Shown: positions 1 through 10,374 of the stretch, one piece after another
Layout of the letters: each line of letters starts with the position of its first letter
How positions within the stretch are numbered: position 1 is the stretch's first letter
Assembly (NCBI GenBank): GCA_963708295.1
Contig: CAVPSJ010000004.1
Span: 800,001 to 864,000 of the forward strand
Origin: an uncultured delta proteobacterium
Lineage (GTDB): Bacteria > Desulfobacterota > BSN033 > UBA1163
Direction: 5' to 3'
Length of the DNA: 64,000 bases
The notes under the pieces: model-generated
What the model was told of the DNA's origin: nothing
What the model saw: only the letters and a program-made list of their open reading frames with translations
Database searches by the model: none
Translations under genes and position numbers: made by a program

Positions 1-45
1 ATTTCGACTCCCTTTAGGGATTTCGATCATGACACTTACAATCAT
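1..45 (-). CDS. ppa: Inorganic pyrophosphatase family I, N-terminal fragment (runs off window)
   Basis: Hand translation MIVSVMIEIPKGSRN after a GGAG SD; matches the Ppa IEIPKGSRNKYE motif. Not in the ORF track. Confidence 0.75.
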   Translation of the reverse strand, partial: MIVSVMIEIPKGSRN

Positions 46-218
46 CTAGATCTCCTTCTTAAGGAATTTGCAAATAAAAGCTGCTCGTCCTATTCTACTT
101 TCTCTGGGAAAGGTCAAGTTGAAATCTACACGCTTTCATGAAACCTGTCAACAACGACTTCAGGAACACAACGACTTGAGGAAGTAGTCTAGTATGGCGA
201 GATAGATGGGATTCAAGT

Positions 219-981
219 CTATTTTTTGAAGAGGATATCACCGTAATAGGCGGTGGCGGACTCGCCGGTGTTGTCGGTGTCGGTCATGATGGCAATGCCT
301 GAGATCATCGGCGGTTCTTGGCCAAAAGCCTTCTTATAGTCCTCAAAGATGTTTCTTTCTTCGTTGACCCATTGATTGAGTTTAGACGGTCCACTTTCCA
401 CCACAAACATCATGACCCGATCGGTAAAGGGGTTGGGGACCATTGTCCCAATGGGAGATTTGCTTTCCCAGATATAGTTAATTGCAGCCAGAGGTGGGTA
501 CTCCCCGTATAGCAATCGGATGGCTTCGTATTTCGCTTTTTGAAGAAAGCTCAATTTGGAGGGATCGTATTCAAAAGTGATATAAATTCTGGCCGGGTAG
601 TCGTCACCCTCCTTTCGGTGTACATCACCCTTTTTCAGGATGTTCATCACTTTCCAACGCCATTGCACGACTGGATATTCTTTGGGATTGATCTTAATCT
701 CCCGGGTCAGGCCGGAGGCCGAAGCCTCTGCCACAGCCTTGATGACCACGGTATTGTCGTCCTTGACGAGTGTATAAGTTGTATGCTTTTCGATCTTCTT
801 AAAAGCAAGGGGTTTCCAGCCAGTCGGGAAGGCCCTGGCCTACTGTTGCCGCAGAGAACTTCCCAACTTCAATGATATTCTGCAGTTGAGCGGAGGCGCT
901 CCTAGAAAAATTGAACAAGGCGATCACCAAGGCTGGAACCACAACCGCAACAGCGATATGAAGTTTTGGGCGCAGATTCAT
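219..981 (-). CDS. DUF3047 family exported protein (1 frameshift near 810-825)
   Basis: ORFs 799..981 (signal peptide) and 219..749 join; W-W-V, DDYPARIY, NYIW and IMTDTDNTG motifs. Confidence 0.8.
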
Positions 982-1055
982 TTCTCGTCTGATGTGAGGA
1001 AGGTCTTTCTACCCATTTTACTTAGGCGTGGATTCACATTCAAGAAGTATCTTTT

Positions 1056-1204
1056 GGATTACAAGTCAGTCCATCATGTCCGGACATCGGCCCTCTAATC
1101 CCTCCTCTCCTCCCTTTGCAAAAGGGAGGAACTTCCCCTCGTTGGCAAAGAGGGGGCAGGGGAGATTCTCTGAACGATGTCTTCTCAAATAATGGACCCT
1201 TAGT
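1056..1204. mobile_element. Diverged MITE-like element, copy 1 (ends inverted relative to copies 2 and 3)
   Basis: Right end GATGTCTTCTCAAATAATGGACCCTTAGT resembles the reverse complement of the TIR of copies 2/3; GC-rich nested hairpin core. Confidence 0.55.
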
Positions 1205-1313
1205 CAGGCATTGTCCCGCGTTGAGAATGATACACAGGCATGGTGCTGAATGGCGTCGTGTGGGAATATCTAAGACATAAACGCATTTCTTGATGAGGAG
1301 ACAGGTGAAATCG

Positions 1314-1351
1314 AAAAAAGCGGGGGTCCGATGAAGTCGATCCCCCGCTTT
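1314..1351 (-). terminator. Intrinsic terminator after msrAB
   Basis: AAAGCGGGGG...CCCCCGCTTT stem followed by a T tract on the minus strand. Confidence 0.75.
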
Positions 1352-1356
1352 GGAAT

Positions 1357-2487
1357 TTACTTCTTAATGAAAAGCTTTGAATACTCCCCGTAGCCCTCCT
1401 TTTCCAAATCCTCCTTGGGGATGAACCTCAGGGCTGCGGAATTCATGCAATAACGAAGCCCTGTGGGCGGTGGCCCGTCGTTAAATACATGGCCGAGGTG
1501 CGAATCGCCATGCTTGCTCCTTACCTCGATGCGCTTCATGAAAAAGCTTCTGTCTTCCTTCTCAACGATGTTGTTCGGGCTCAAGAGGTCTTGTAAAGCT
1601 CGGCCATCCCGTCCCCGAATCGAACTTATCCAAAGAACTGAATAGAGGCTCACCGGAGACGATATCCACGTAGATTCCTTCCTTATGGTTATCCCAGTAC
1701 TCATTTTGGAAGGGCTCTCTCCGTTCCGTTTTTCTGGGTCACCTCGTATTGAAGGGAAGTCAATTTCTTTTTCAAGGTTGCATCATCAGGTTTCTGATAG
1801 GATTTTTCTTCTTTGGGTTTCACGGTCTCCATTTGCTTTCCCCATGTCTTCTCCAAGAACTGGTCACGACCAGACCCGTATCGGTAAAATTTGTATTTGA
1901 GTGAATGGGTCTTGTAGTAATCTTGATGGTAATCTTCTGCTTCATAGAATTTGGTGAATTTAAGGATCTCTGTGACAATCGGTTTATTGAACTTTCCGGA
2001 TTTGCTCAGCGCTTCCTTTGACTTCTCCGCTAATCGCTTCTGGTCTTCGTCATGATAAAAGATGACGCTTCGGTATTGGGCGCCTCGATCTACAAACTGC
2101 CCGCCTGCATCTGTGGGATCGACATGTTTCCAGAAGTAGTCGAGCAATTCCTCATAGGTAATCTTTGAGGGGTCATAATAGACTTGCACGGCTTCGACAT
2201 GGCCGGTCGTTCCGGAAGATACCTCCGCATAGGTCGGGTTCTCCTTGTTCCCACCGGTATAACCCGATATCACCTTCACCACTCCAGGTAGTTTCTCGAA
2301 ATCAGATTCCGTGCACCAGAAACAGCCACCGGCAAATGTGGCTTTCCGCAGGTTCATCTCTTCCTTTGCCGTATCCGTCTTCATCTCCCTTCTGAACAGC
2401 TTCGGAGCGTTGGTTTCCCATCATGAAAAATAATACCACTCCAATTATGAAAAACAGGCCCATTCCAATATATAATAAAGTCTTCAT
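1357..2487 (-). CDS. msrAB: Bifunctional methionine sulfoxide reductase MsrA/MsrB with N-terminal membrane anchor (frameshifted)
   Basis: GGCFWC and AEDYHQDYY (MsrA); [10 protein letters not shown] and RYCMNSAAL (MsrB); hydrophobic N-terminus; GGAGG SD before ATG 2487. Confidence 0.9.
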
Positions 2488-2569
2488 AAACTTCACCTCC
2501 GTTTTCTATCCCTTGGCCGATCATCTTCTGGCTTTATTCTGCCATCCGAACGGCTATCAGGTTTTTCAA

Positions 2570-3728
2570 TCAAATGATAATCACGAATGCCGGGAATTCA
2601 ATAAAGAAGATGTAAAGAGCTGTGTAAAGATTATGTAAAGATCTTCGTGAGGTTGGAAGGTCTACAGCAGGGAGGGAAAACCAGATCCGGGTTTCGTCTT
2701 CAGAAATCTCGGCTCCAACATGTCCATCGTGAGCCTCGATCAACTCTTTCACGATGGCCAGACCGATGCCAGCACCACCATGCTCACGGGATCGCGATTT
2801 CTCACCCCGGTAGAATCGTTCAAAGATGAAAGGAAGATCTTTTTGAGAGAGTTCTCCACCTGTATTGGCGAAGACGACCTTCATCTCCCCTGAGGCTTGC
2901 TCAGTGTAGATTCTGACAAATCCCCCTGTCGGAGTGTACTGACAGGCATTTTGCAAGAGATTGGTCACGACCTGGGATATCTTATCCGGATCAGCGAGAA
3001 CTCTATCCGCACCTTTGCCGAATTGGGTCTCAATCCGAATTTTTTTTGAGTCAAACTGAGGTCGGAAGATGTCGAGTTCCTGAAGGATCAGATCTTTAAT
3101 CCGGACTCTCCGTCTTGTGAAGGTCCATTCGGGCAGCATCTGCCTTGGCCAGCCGTAAGACGTCTTCCACGAGGTGGACCAATCGCATGGTTTCCTCCTG
3201 AAGCAGTTCAAAAGTCTCCTTTGTGGGAGCCGCCACTCCATCTGTCAGAGCTTCGAGATACCCTCTGATGTTGGTTAAAGGGGTCCTGAGTTCATGGGCG
3301 ACGTCAATCATCAACGTCTTTCGAAGGCCTTCGATGCGACGGAGGCTTTCTGCCATCCGGTTGAAAGAGGCGGCGAGTTGTCCCACTTCGTCCCCCGAGA
3401 CAAAAGGGACTTGGCCCGAGTAGTCGCCCGTCGAAATTTTCTGGGCAATCGTCGTCATCTGTCTGAGAGGACCCAATACTTTTCTCATCAGCAAAAAGCT
3501 GAGGACCACAGCCAGGAACAGTGCAGCCAGGCTGGCCCAGATGAGGTATCGATGGACGGCGCTCACAAACATCTGGTGACTTGATGTGGGTGATATATTA
3601 TATTTTTCCATCAAGGCCATGAAATAACCGGCAGCGAGGTAGTCGATCGCCATCCATACAATGACGATGACAGAACCGATGACCAGGATATTTATTCCGA
3701 GGAGTTTCCAGAGAAGGGTTCTTGTCAT
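2570..3728 (-). CDS. HAMP sensor histidine kinase, BaeS-like (1 frameshift)
   Basis: 2 TM segments, HAMP, AHELRTPLT H-box, NLLQNA, IFERFYR, GAGIGLAIVK. Confidence 0.9.
2611..2641 (-). promoter_or_regulatory. Triple direct repeat TCTTTACA, putative OmpR-family operator upstream of msrAB
   Basis: TGTAAAGA at 2611, 2623 and 2634 (12/11-bp period), about 125 bp upstream of msrAB. Confidence 0.55.
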
Positions 3729-4456
3729 GAGGATTTCCTCTCCGCAAACTGATATCCGATTCCTCTCACGGTCAAGATATACCGGGGATTGGACGGGTCC
3801 TTCTCGATCTTTTGTCTCAGTTTTCCCATATGAACATCGACGACGCGGCCAATGACGGTGGCTTCGTGACGGGGATAGAGACGATCCAGAAGCTCCTCCC
3901 GGGCGAAGACCTTCCCTGGGGCGGCCATGAGCGTTTGTAACAGCTTGAACTCATGGGGTGTAAGCAGAACAGGGCGCCCCTCCAGAGTCACCTTGTGTTT
4001 TTCGAGATCTAAAGTCAGGTCTTCAAAAGAAAGAACTTTCTCCTGGTTGGCAACCTCCAGCCGCCCTCTCCGAAGAATCGCCTTCACACGGGCAACCAGT
4101 TCCCGGGGGCTGAAAGGTTTCACGACATAATCATCTGCCCCTAAGGTCAATCCGGAGACGCGGTCTATTTCCTCTCCTCGGGCGGTAAGCATCAGGATGG
4201 GAACGTCAGAGGATTGTCTGAGCCGTCTGCACACCTCCCAGCCATCCAGTAGAGGGAGCATCAAATCGAGAATGACAAAGATCGGCCTATGTTGCTCGGC
4301 CAGTTTGAGGGCTTGCTGACCATCGTACGCAATGACGGTCTGAAATCCTTCACGCTCCAAATAAAGCCTTATCAGAGATGCCGTCTTCTTATCATCTTCA
4401 ACAACCAGAATCTTATCCGTCATACAATGAATGATCCTTGTTTCGTGGGAATTCAT
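3725..4456 (-). CDS. OmpR/PhoB-family response regulator
   Basis: ILVVEDD, DLMLP, GADDYVVKPF, winged helix VDVHMGKLRQKIE...TVRGIGY; start may be 4423. Confidence 0.93.
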   Translation of the reverse strand: MNSHETRIIHCMTDKILVVEDDKKTASLIRLYLEREGFQTVIAYDGQQALKLAEQHRPIFVILDLMLPLLDGWEVCRRLRQSSDVPILMLTARGEEIDRVSGLTLGADDYVVKPFSPRELVARVKAILRRGRLEVANQEKVLSFEDLTLDLEKHKVTLEGRPVLLTPHEFKLLQTLMAAPGKVFAREELLDRLYPRHEATVIGRVVDVHMGKLRQKIEKDPSNPRYILTVRGIGYQFAERKSS

Positions 4457-4865
4457 TTAACATTTTACCACAAATCTTTAGGAGATTTCGGTTAATCAAC
4501 AAGGAAGCATGTCTGTGCTGCCTTCCTGTATCAGGATGCTTACGGCGTCATCGTTTAAGTAAACAGCGGTGATTTATTTGGAACCAAGAGATGGATGGCA
4601 TTGGTGACGATTCTATTTGCCTTGATCAGTGCAGTTGCCGGAATCTATGGCTGGTAAGGAAATTCACGGGTGTGAATGGAATCACCGATCTAAACAAGGA
4701 GATGTTCACTCCGTGACTTATTCGACGAAGGGCGATGCGTTGGGATCAAAAGGATTCAGAGTTTCTAGCGTCCCTTCTGGGGGGTCGCGTGGGTCCAAAT
4801 AACAAATGGATTGAACAATTTAAGGAATCCTGATAACTTAGGAATGAGAAGGAGGGAGAAGGGCA

Positions 4866-5102
4866 ATGATTAAGTTCATCATGGGAGTGATCGTGGGGAT
4901 CCTCCTCTTCTTTTTGTTCATCTACTTCGGGGGCAGTAAGACGATGAAGAAGGTCGGGGAGGAGTTAACGGACACCGGGAAGAAAATGGAGGTCATGGAG
5001 CAGATGATCAAGAAGGAAAAAGGAGAGGTGGAGAGGGATGTGAAGAGAAAAATATTAAAAGAAGATAAGGGAACTACCAAAAAGACAGAAACTCTGCGGT
5101 AA
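4866..5102 (+). CDS. Small single-TM hypothetical protein
   Basis: Purine-rich SD region; N-terminal TM followed by a charged coil. Confidence 0.65.
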   Translation: MIKFIMGVIVGILLFFLFIYFGGSKTMKKVGEELTDTGKKMEVMEQMIKKEKGEVERDVKRKILKEDKGTTKKTETLR

Positions 5103-5192
5103 CTGAGCTTGGACTTTCCAGGGCACGCAGTGGCGAGAAGGACGCGAGCAAATGGAATTCTGTTTTATACCCTTCCCCCCGGCCGCGGACGG

Positions 5193-5471
5193 TCAATAAG
5201 TAACAGAGAAGTCTTCAAACTCACCCGTAAAATTTCCCCAGGTTAAATAAACTTTCGTCACCTTTGCTTCAGATGGGCCACGGTGGCACCACTGGATGAT
5301 CTGATCCACTCGTTCCTGATCACCCTCAAAAACGGCCTCTACACAGCCATCCCTGCGGTTCTTGACCCAACCCACTACCCCCAGTTTAAAAGCCATCTCT
5401 TGAGTATGGTGGCGAAAAAAGACTCCTTGGACCCTCCCTTCAATGATAACGTGTACCCTCACCTTATCCAT
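5193..5471 (-). CDS. acyP: Acylphosphatase
   Basis: GRVQGVFFR, GWVKNRRDG.VE, GPSEA motifs. Confidence 0.92.
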   Translation of the reverse strand: MDKVRVHVIIEGRVQGVFFRHHTQEMAFKLGVVGWVKNRRDGCVEAVFEGDQERVDQIIQWCHRGPSEAKVTKVYLTWGNFTGEFEDFSVTY

Positions 5472-5682
5472 ATCGGTTTGAAGGCTACCACAGGATCGTC
5501 CTAAAATCAATGACCATATCCAGTCTTGCCCACGCCAGTCTTTTTTCTATGGACAGGATAGTTATCAACTGGGGGTGGGCAAGCATATCCAGTCGGACGA
5601 GGGAGAATTAAACTTGAAAAGTCGAACTGGAATCGATTAGAATTCAAGAATTATTTGATTTGAGGGGGTTTGGCATAAGGAA

Positions 5683-8600
5683 ATGAAGTCACTTTATCTG
5701 GGCATTGATATTGGGTCGGTCAGCACCAATACCATTATCATGGATGATCATCGGAATGTGCTGGAGGAGCACTATACGCGTATCAAGGGACAGCCTCTCC
5801 AGACCGTTCAAAAAGTATTGGAAGAGATCCTGCGCCGGATTTCGCATGAACAATTTCATTCTGTCTCTTTCACCGGGACCGGAGGAAAACTTCTCGCTGA
5901 ACTCTTAGGCGGGAATTTTATCAATGAGATTATCGCCCAGGCCAGGGCGGTTCAGTATTTCTATCCACAGGTCAGGACGATCATTGACATGGGAGGTGAG
6001 GATTCCAAGCTGATCTTCATCGAAGAAGAGGAAGATCGCTTTAAAATCAGCGATTTTTCGATGAACACCCTCTGCGCTGCCGGCACCGGATCGTTCCTAG
6101 ACCAGCAGGCTAGCCGATTGGGCCTGACCATTGAGGAATTTGGGCATCTCGCCCTGAAATCAACAAACCCACCTCGGATTGCAGGCCGATGCAGTGTCTT
6201 TGCCAAATCCGATATGATCCATCTTCAACAAATCGCCACCCCGGATTACGATATCGTCGCCGGTCTCTGTTATGCCTTAGCCAGAAATTTCAAGAGTAAC
6301 ATCGGCAAGGGAAAAAAGTTTGTGAAGCCCATCTCCTTCCAGGGAGGAGTGGCAGCCAATGCGGGGATGCGAAAGGCCTTTTTGGATGTACTGGAGGTTT
6401 CCGACGGAGAACTCATCGTTCCAAATCATTTTGCTTCGATGGGGGCCATCGGCGCTGTTTTAGTGGCTCTGGAAGACAAGAAGAGCAGGAAGGAGTGGCT
6501 CGGCCTCAACCGCCTCAATCAATATCTCAACGATCATCGGGAAGAAAAGCCTTCGTTAAAACCCCTTTCTCTTTCGCCCCATCATCTGATCCGGCGAGGG
6601 CAAATCAGCCTTCCCTCCGAGAGTCCGGGCGGAGAGAAGATCGAAGCTTATCTGGGGTTGGATGTCGGATCAATCAGCACCAATCTGGTCGTCATCGACC
6701 GGGAAAAGAAGGTTCTTGCGAAACGCTATCTGATGACTGCAGGCCGGCCGATCGAGGCCGTTCGCGTTGGACTTCAGGAGATCGGTGAGGAGATCGGAGA
6801 CCGCGTGGAGATTAGAGGGGTTGGGACGACTGGCTCCGGGCGTTACCTCACGGCAGATTTTGTGGGAGCGGATCTGGTGCGAAATGAGATCACGGCTCAG
6901 GCCACCGCAGCCATCTATATTGATCCAAAAGTGGATACCATCTTTGAGATTGGCGGACAGGACTCGAAATACATCAGCATCGATAACGGGGTGGTCGTTG
7001 ATTTTGAGATGAATAAGGTCTGCGCCGCCGGGACGGGGTCTTTTCTGGAAGAGCAGGCAGAAAAGCTGGATGTCTCCATCAAGGAAGAATTCGGAGCCCT
7101 TGCCCTCTCTGCCGGGGACCCGGTGAGGATGGGAGAACGGTGCACGGTCTTCATCGAATCCGACCTGGTTCACCACCAACAGAGTGGCGCCCAGAGAGAT
7201 GACCTCATCGCCGGACTCAGTTACTCCATCGTTCAGAATTATCTCAATCGTGTGGTGGGAGACCGGCGTGTCGGGAATCGAATCTTCTTCCAGGGGGGGA
7301 CGGCTTTCAACAAAGGAGTGGTGGCGGCTTTTGAAAAAGTCCTGGATAAGGAGATCATCGTTCCGGAGAATCATGATGTGACCGGGGCGATCGGTGTTGC
7401 TCTCTTGGCCTTGGAAGAGCGGGCATGGGAGCGATCAGGTTTCAAAGGGTTCGACCTGAGTCAGCGGCATTATGAGCAGACGTCTTTTGAATGCAAGGGT
7501 TGCCCCAATCTTTGTCTTATTCGAAAGGTGAGTGTCGAGGGGGAAAAGCCCCTCTTTTACGGAAGCCGATGTGAGAAATACGATGTCATTAAACGGACGA
7601 AGGGCTCGGGGATACCCGATCTTTTTGAAGAAAGAGAGAAGATGCTTCTTGCGCCCTATGAAGGGGAAGAAAAGCTTCCGCCCGATGCTCCGGAGATCGG
7701 TATCCCGCAGATTCTCAATTTCCACGAGATGTTACCCTTCTGGAAGGCCTTCTTCTCGGAGTTGGGTTATCGCGTTGTCCTTTCGGACGTCACGAACAAA
7801 GAGTTGATCCGGAAGGGAGTGGAGAATGTCGTCTCTGAAACCTGTTTCCCCATTAAAGTGAGTCACGGCCATGTCCTCAACCTTTTGGAAAAAGGGGTGA
7901 AGAAGATTTTCCTGCCGAGCATTGTCAATCTTAAACCCTCTCATCTGGAGATTCCAAATAGTTCAGCGTGTCCCTATGCCCAATCCTTCCCCTATGCCGT
8001 CCCTTCTTCCATCGATTTCAAGAAAGCCCATGCGAAAGTTCTTCAACCTATCCTTCACTTCGGTGAGGGAAGGGACTATCTGGAGAAGGAACTGGTTGAT
8101 TTTGGGAGATCCCTCGGCTGCAAACCGAAGGGCATCAAGAGAGCTTATGAGAAGGCCGAGCGATTCCAAGCCAGATTTTATCAATCCCTGCTCAATCGCG
8201 GAAAGCAGGTATTGGATCGGGTTGGACCGAATGAAAAGGTGATGGTCATTGTAGGAAGGCCTTACAATTCCTGCGATTCCGGAGTCAACCTGGAGATTCC
8301 AAAAAAATTGCGGGATCTGGGGGTCCTTGCCATCCCCATGGATTTTCTTCCACTCGAATCGGTGCCAGCCACCGAAGAAATTAAAGAGATGTACTGGCGA
8401 TACGGGCAGAGGATCCTGGCTGCGGGAAAGATCATCAAGGATGACCCGAGGCTCTATGCGGTCTATATCACCAATTTCGGCTGTGGTCCGGATTCCTTCA
8501 TCAACCATTTCTTCAGGGATTTATCGAAAGGGAAACCATACCTACAATTGGAGATTGATGAACACAGTGCTGACGCCGGGGCGATCACGCGGTGCGAGGC

Positions 8601-9873
8601 CTTTTTAGACAGCCTGAAGAATGTGAAGGCCGTCAAGGCCATCGCATTGAAACGGGAGAAAGTGAAAACCGACCGCACCAAGAAGATCTACATTCCGTAC
8701 ATGTGTGACCACTCCTTTGCTGTGGCAGCGGCTTTTCAAGCGTGTGGCGTGGATGCGGATGTGTTCCCAGAATCGGACGAAGAAACCCTTTACTGGGGAA
8801 GGAAACTCACTTCCGGCAAAGAATGTTATCCCTGCATCCTTACCACGGGGGATATGGTGAAACTGGTCAAGGACCCCAATTTTGATCATCAACGAGCCGC
8901 CTTCTTCATGCCTTCGGGCAATGGGCCCTGTCGGTTCGGACAATATCATCGTTTTCATCGTCTTGTTCTCGACGACCTCGGATTCCACCAAGTCCCCATC
9001 TACTCGCCCAATCAAGACGAGACACTCTATAGCGATCTAGGTATCATGGGTTCCCAATTCACACGATTAGGCTGGCAAGGCATTGTGGCAGTGGACCTTC
9101 TCATGAAGAAACTCCTGGAGACGCGACCCTATGAGAAGGAGAAGGGAAAGTCGGACCAAACTTATCAGGCGTCTTTAAAAAAGGTTTGCAAGGCGATACA
9201 ACAAAAAGGCGATTTGGAAGAAACCCTCCGGAAGTGCCTTGAGGACTTCAATCAGATTGAAGTAGAGAAACCTGGCACCAAGCCTCTCATTGGCATTGTG
9301 GGAGAGATCTTTGTCCGCCTCAATCGGTTTGCCAATGAGGATGTCATCCGGAAGATTGAGCAATTTGGGGGAGAGGCCTGGATCGCACCTCTGACAGAGT
9401 GGATCCTCTATGTGAACACCATTTCAAAAAAGAGAAGTTTAAGGAAGAAGTCCTTTTCAAATCTGCTGAAGGTTTTTCTTACCGATTATTATCAGAAAAA
9501 GGATGAACACACGCTAGAAAAGGTCTTCAAACATCAACTCCGGCACGCCGGTGAGCCGAAGACGAAATCGATTTTTAGAAAGGCTAAACCCTATCTCGAC
9601 TCCTCCTTTGAAGGGGAGGCCGTCCTTTCGATGGGAAAGACGATAGATTTTGCCAGGAGAGGAGCGAGCGGGGTGGTCAATATCATGCCGTTTACTTGTA
9701 TGCCCGGGACGATTGTGAGTACGCTGCTTAAACGATATCAGGAAGAAAACAGTAACATCCCCATCCTCAACATGGCCTATGACGGACAAGAGCAAACCAA
9801 CACGTTAACCCGCCTTGAAGCCTTCATGTTTCAAGCCAAGGATTTCCAGAGCAGAAAGAATAATAGAACTTAA
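5683..9873 (+). CDS. Fused acyl-CoA dehydratase activase/reductase (2x BcrAD/BadFG ATPase + DUF2229 + HgdB-like); PlsA-PlsR/Ger-type ether-lipid synthase candidate
   Basis: Two G.D.GS.ST...GG.DSK...CAAGTGSFL...RC.VF modules, CKGCPNLC, ETCFPIK, FGCGPD, ECYP, GPCRFGQY, MPFTCMP; intact 1396 aa. Confidence 0.85.
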   Translation: MKSLYLGIDIGSVSTNTIIMDDHRNVLEEHYTRIKGQPLQTVQKVLEEILRRISHEQFHSVSFTGTGGKLLAELLGGNFINEIIAQARAVQYFYPQVRTIIDMGGEDSKLIFIEEEEDRFKISDFSMNTLCAAGTGSFLDQQASRLGLTIEEFGHLALKSTNPPRIAGRCSVFAKSDMIHLQQIATPDYDIVAGLCYALARNFKSNIGKGKKFVKPISFQGGVAANAGMRKAFLDVLEVSDGELIVPNHFASMGAIGAVLVALEDKKSRKEWLGLNRLNQYLNDHREEKPSLKPLSLSPHHLIRRGQISLPSESPGGEKIEAYLGLDVGSISTNLVVIDREKKVLAKRYLMTAGRPIEAVRVGLQEIGEEIGDRVEIRGVGTTGSGRYLTADFVGADLVRNEITAQATAAIYIDPKVDTIFEIGGQDSKYISIDNGVVVDFEMNKVCAAGTGSFLEEQAEKLDVSIKEEFGALALSAGDPVRMGERCTVFIESDLVHHQQSGAQRDDLIAGLSYSIVQNYLNRVVGDRRVGNRIFFQGGTAFNKGVVAAFEKVLDKEIIVPENHDVTGAIGVALLALEERAWERSGFKGFDLSQRHYEQTSFECKGCPNLCLIRKVSVEGEKPLFYGSRCEKYDVIKRTKGSGIPDLFEEREKMLLAPYEGEEKLPPDAPEIGIPQILNFHEMLPFWKAFFSELGYRVVLSDVTNKELIRKGVENVVSETCFPIKVSHGHVLNLLEKGVKKIFLPSIVNLKPSHLEIPNSSACPYAQSFPYAVPSSIDFKKAHAKVLQPILHFGEGRDYLEKELVDFGRSLGCKPKGIKRAYEKAERFQARFYQSLLNRGKQVLDRVGPNEKVMVIVGRPYNSCDSGVNLEIPKKLRDLGVLAIPMDFLPLESVPATEEIKEMYWRYGQRILAAGKIIKDDPRLYAVYITNFGCGPDSFINHFFRDLSKGKPYLQLEIDEHSADAGAITRCEAFLDSLKNVKAVKAIALKREKVKTDRTKKIYIPYMCDHSFAVAAAFQACGVDADVFPESDEETLYWGRKLTSGKECYPCILTTGDMVKLVKDPNFDHQRAAFFMPSGNGPCRFGQYHRFHRLVLDDLGFHQVPIYSPNQDETLYSDLGIMGSQFTRLGWQGIVAVDLLMKKLLETRPYEKEKGKSDQTYQASLKKVCKAIQQKGDLEETLRKCLEDFNQIEVEKPGTKPLIGIVGEIFVRLNRFANEDVIRKIEQFGGEAWIAPLTEWILYVNTISKKRSLRKKSFSNLLKVFLTDYYQKKDEHTLEKVFKHQLRHAGEPKTKSIFRKAKPYLDSSFEGEAVLSMGKTIDFARRGASGVVNIMPFTCMPGTIVSTLLKRYQEENSNIPILNMAYDGQEQTNTLTRLEAFMFQAKDFQSRKNNRT

Positions 9874-9935
9874 CTCGCTGGAAACTAAGTAGGTTTATTT
9901 GCCATCTACTTTGTTAAAAAAATCACATTTTTCTA

Positions 9936-9965
9936 TTGACTTTCCTGAAAAAGAGGTGGTATAAG
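9936..9965 (+). promoter_or_regulatory. Sigma70 promoter for the leader-oadG-oadB unit
   Basis: TTGACT-18 nt-TATAAG with extended TGn. Confidence 0.6.
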
Positions 9966-10000
9966 GTGAATCATCTTTATTTCACAGAAGATCACGAAAT

Positions 10001-10303
10001 ATGACAGGGATTCAATTTCTGCTGATTCTTTTTTTGGTTCCGGGTCTTCCTCTGTTTCAAGTAGATCAGACCGTAGATATTGCATGGTTGGTTTGCGAAA
10101 ATTCGGTTGTTGTGAAGCTAGAAGTCGGGGGACCTTTAGTTGATCAGAATTTGTCATTCAATCCAGAACCTCCGTCTTGTACTTTCAATCAAGGCAAGTC
10201 TTTCTCTCAGTTGAAGAATCCTTTATGCGTTTTGCTTTCCTATTTCCAAGGGCCCTCTCCTTTCTGGAGACCCCCGCCGGGCTTTCATCCCTTTCTTTCT
10301 TGA
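10001..10303 (+). CDS. Putative leader/arrest peptide: hydrophobic N-terminus, C-terminal FWRPPP
   Basis: First ORF after the promoter; signal-like MTGIQFLLILFLVPGL; RPPP 7 codons before the stop; SD weak. Confidence 0.5.
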   Translation: MTGIQFLLILFLVPGLPLFQVDQTVDIAWLVCENSVVVKLEVGGPLVDQNLSFNPEPPSCTFNQGKSFSQLKNPLCVLLSYFQGPSPFWRPPPGFHPFLS

Positions 10304-10374
10304 TCACCTTTAGAATGGAAGGGGTTTGAGATTTAAGGAAGACCTTTCTCTATATCAACCGGAGGTAAGCGAAT

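Noticed and set aside
151-177. ACAACGACTT direct repeat (17-bp period) upstream of ppa
   Set aside because: Only two copies with no further context; cannot be distinguished from chance or a generic operator.
1690-1720. Programmed frameshift between msrA and msrB
   Set aside because: The same gene has other indels and the whole window shows the pattern; no slippery site plus stimulator identified.
4560-4660. Short hydrophobic frame ending ...ALISAVAGIYGW*
   Set aside because: No convincing SD or start; too short to support as a gene.
4766-4800. tRNA-like string TAGCG...GGGGGGTCGCGTGGGTCCAAAT
   Set aside because: No acceptor or anticodon stems can be formed; the T-loop resemblance is weak.
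5193-5682. Functional link between acylphosphatase and the divergent PlsA/Ger-like gene via acyl-phosphate
   Set aside because: Adjacency is the only evidence; acyP occurs in many unrelated contexts.
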